Shown here: positions 62,651 to 64,000 of the stretch, one piece after another
Layout: every line of letters starts with the position of its first letter
Position numbering within the stretch: position 1 is the stretch's first letter
Assembly (NCBI RefSeq): GCF_963921235.1
Contig: NC_086097.1
Span: 65,722,001-65,786,000 of the forward strand
Length of the DNA: 64,000 bases
Source of the DNA: Mobula hypostoma
Taxonomy: Eukaryota
Reading direction: 5' to 3'
Position numbers and translations under genes: made by a program
Notes under the pieces: model-generated
Told to the model about the DNA's origin: nothing
The model's input: the letters and a program-made list of their open reading frames with translations, nothing else
Databases searched by the model: none

Positions 62651-64000
62651 TTTTCAAACAGTACAATAAGTTGACATATTGATGACATGTCACATGATGC
62701 TGAAGAGGTTTTGTGCGATAAACTGAAAAGCAACTTCTCTATCCAGGTTGTTGAGTCAACAGATTTCACCAAGAAATGTCATGTTGTAGCATTTGTAAGA
62801 TTTGTAAATTATGGTGAAATTCAAGGATTTTTTTCTGTTGTAAAGAACTGCCTGAAACAAGCAAAGACCAAGATATATTTAATGTTTTGTCTTCATATCT
62901 GGAAACAAAAGGTCTGTCTTGGAGGACCTGTGTTGGCATTTGTACTGATGGTGCCCCATCAGTAGTTGCTCCATGAAAGTTTTCATTTCTCTTGTAAAAA
63001 ATAAAAATCCTGATGTTGTCACAACACACTGCTTTCTTCACAGAGAGGTGCTGGTGTCAAAAACTCTTGGAGATGAAATGAAAAAGTTCTGGATGATGCT
63101 GCAAAAATGGTTAACTTTATTAAGCAGAGACCAGTTTTCTTGAGAATGTTTAAAAAGCTGTGAAAACCTGGACAAAGAGCACAGCAATCTCCTCTATATA
63201 CAGAAATCTGGTGGCTTAGCAGAGGAAGAGTTCTCAACAGGGTGTTTGAGCTGAAAGGTGAATTACAGGAGTACTTTCAAGAAAATAGTAGGCAGATTTT
63301 GCTGAGTACTTTGAAGGTGAAGAATGGTTCCAGAAACTAGACAACTTAGCAGACAATTTTTGATCATATGAACCATTTGAACAAGTCTCTGCAAGGCCCT
63401 GGAGAAGATATTTTGATTTCAAGTGACAGAATACTTGGATTTAAAAGGAAACTGAATCTTTCAAAATATCATGTTGCAAAAGGAAGTCTTGAAATGTTTC
63501 CACTGCTGTTCGGGCTTGAGAGTGAGGAAGGATCAGAAAGTCTCGAGTCTTATTGAAAACCACCTGGAAGAATTGCAAAATAAAATTGCAGTATTTATCC
63601 TTCCCTTCAATGCAACTGTATGATTGAGTGAGAGACCCTTTCTCTGAACCTGGATTATTGTATCTACAAATTACTGATCACACTAACGTACTGTAAGCTG
63701 TAGGTTTAATAATTTTTTTGCAGGGGTTCCCTGAGACCTGAAAATTATTCAAGGGTTTCTCCAGGGCAATAAGTTTGAGAAAGGCTGGTGTAGAGTCTTA
63801 ACAGCCACACAACTGACACTTATTAGAAATTGGCAACAGTCTTTGTCTCAATTAAGTGGTAGAGTGCCCCAAATAAATGAAGGGAATTCTAGCTATTTTC
63901 TCGATTAGTTTTAGTTCTTTAAGAGTTGTCCCAAATAACTGGCTGCTGCAGTTAACCGATTATCTAATTAACCGGAATACACTGATTAGGAATTTGCTGT

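Larger units (their letters stand above)
60483..63787 (+). mobile_element. hAT (Buster/Charlie-type) DNA transposon with decayed transposase
   Basis: TIRs cagcgtttctcaa / ttgagaaaggctg; perfect 8 bp TSD gtgtagag (60475-60482, 63788-63795); PLCLTC..MAPAKLKR (BED finger), FSIQVVESTD, CTDGAP, HCFLHREVL, WLSRG, NHLNKSLQG. Confidence 0.95.
50438..63984. mobile_element. pogo/Tigger-like element stretched by nested insertions (own pieces about 50438-50660, 60070-60482, 63796-63984)
   Basis: Imperfect TIRs cagtggatgccagttaat / attaaccggaatacactg; TA at left; aactgacact motif on both sides of the hAT insertion. Confidence 0.65.

Noticed and set aside
61061..63556. Domesticated ZBED5/SCAND3-like host gene
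   Set aside because: Many stops and frameshifts, an RTE insertion, and intact TIRs with TSD show a dead transposon.
1..64000. CRISPR array, retron or prokaryotic defence system suggested by many RT and nuclease ORFs
   Set aside because: No regularly spaced repeat-spacer array or operon structure; all RT and nuclease motifs belong to eukaryotic retroelements.

Overview
Eukaryotic, vertebrate-type genomic DNA. A cartilaginous fish is my best inference, from HE1-like V-SINEs, abundant CR1 and Penelope-like elements. Most of the window is decayed, often nested transposable elements: CR1, L1, Rex1/Babar-like and RTE LINEs, Penelope-like elements (PLEs), a BEL/Pao and a Gypsy LTR element, Tc1, pogo/Tigger and hAT DNA transposons, MITEs and V-SINEs. 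Nearly all ORFs in the supplied track are broken TE frames or their antisense shadows. A few well-bounded candidate exons on the + strand (best 40474-41023 and 47247-47351) suggest the window is intronic DNA of a host gene I cannot name. The main points of interest are: (1) minimal type I hammerhead ribozyme motifs at the 3' end of four PLE copies, with an ACGU-palindromic stem III that should need dimerisation; (2) short fold-back PLE-derived insertions with 9-13 bp target-site duplications (TSDs), mostly inside CR1; (3) a 13.5 kb four-level nest of TEs at 50438-63984; (4) a 22 bp templated fold-back at a LINE 5' junction. There is no CRISPR array or prokaryotic system. All family names come from motif recognition only; no database search was run.
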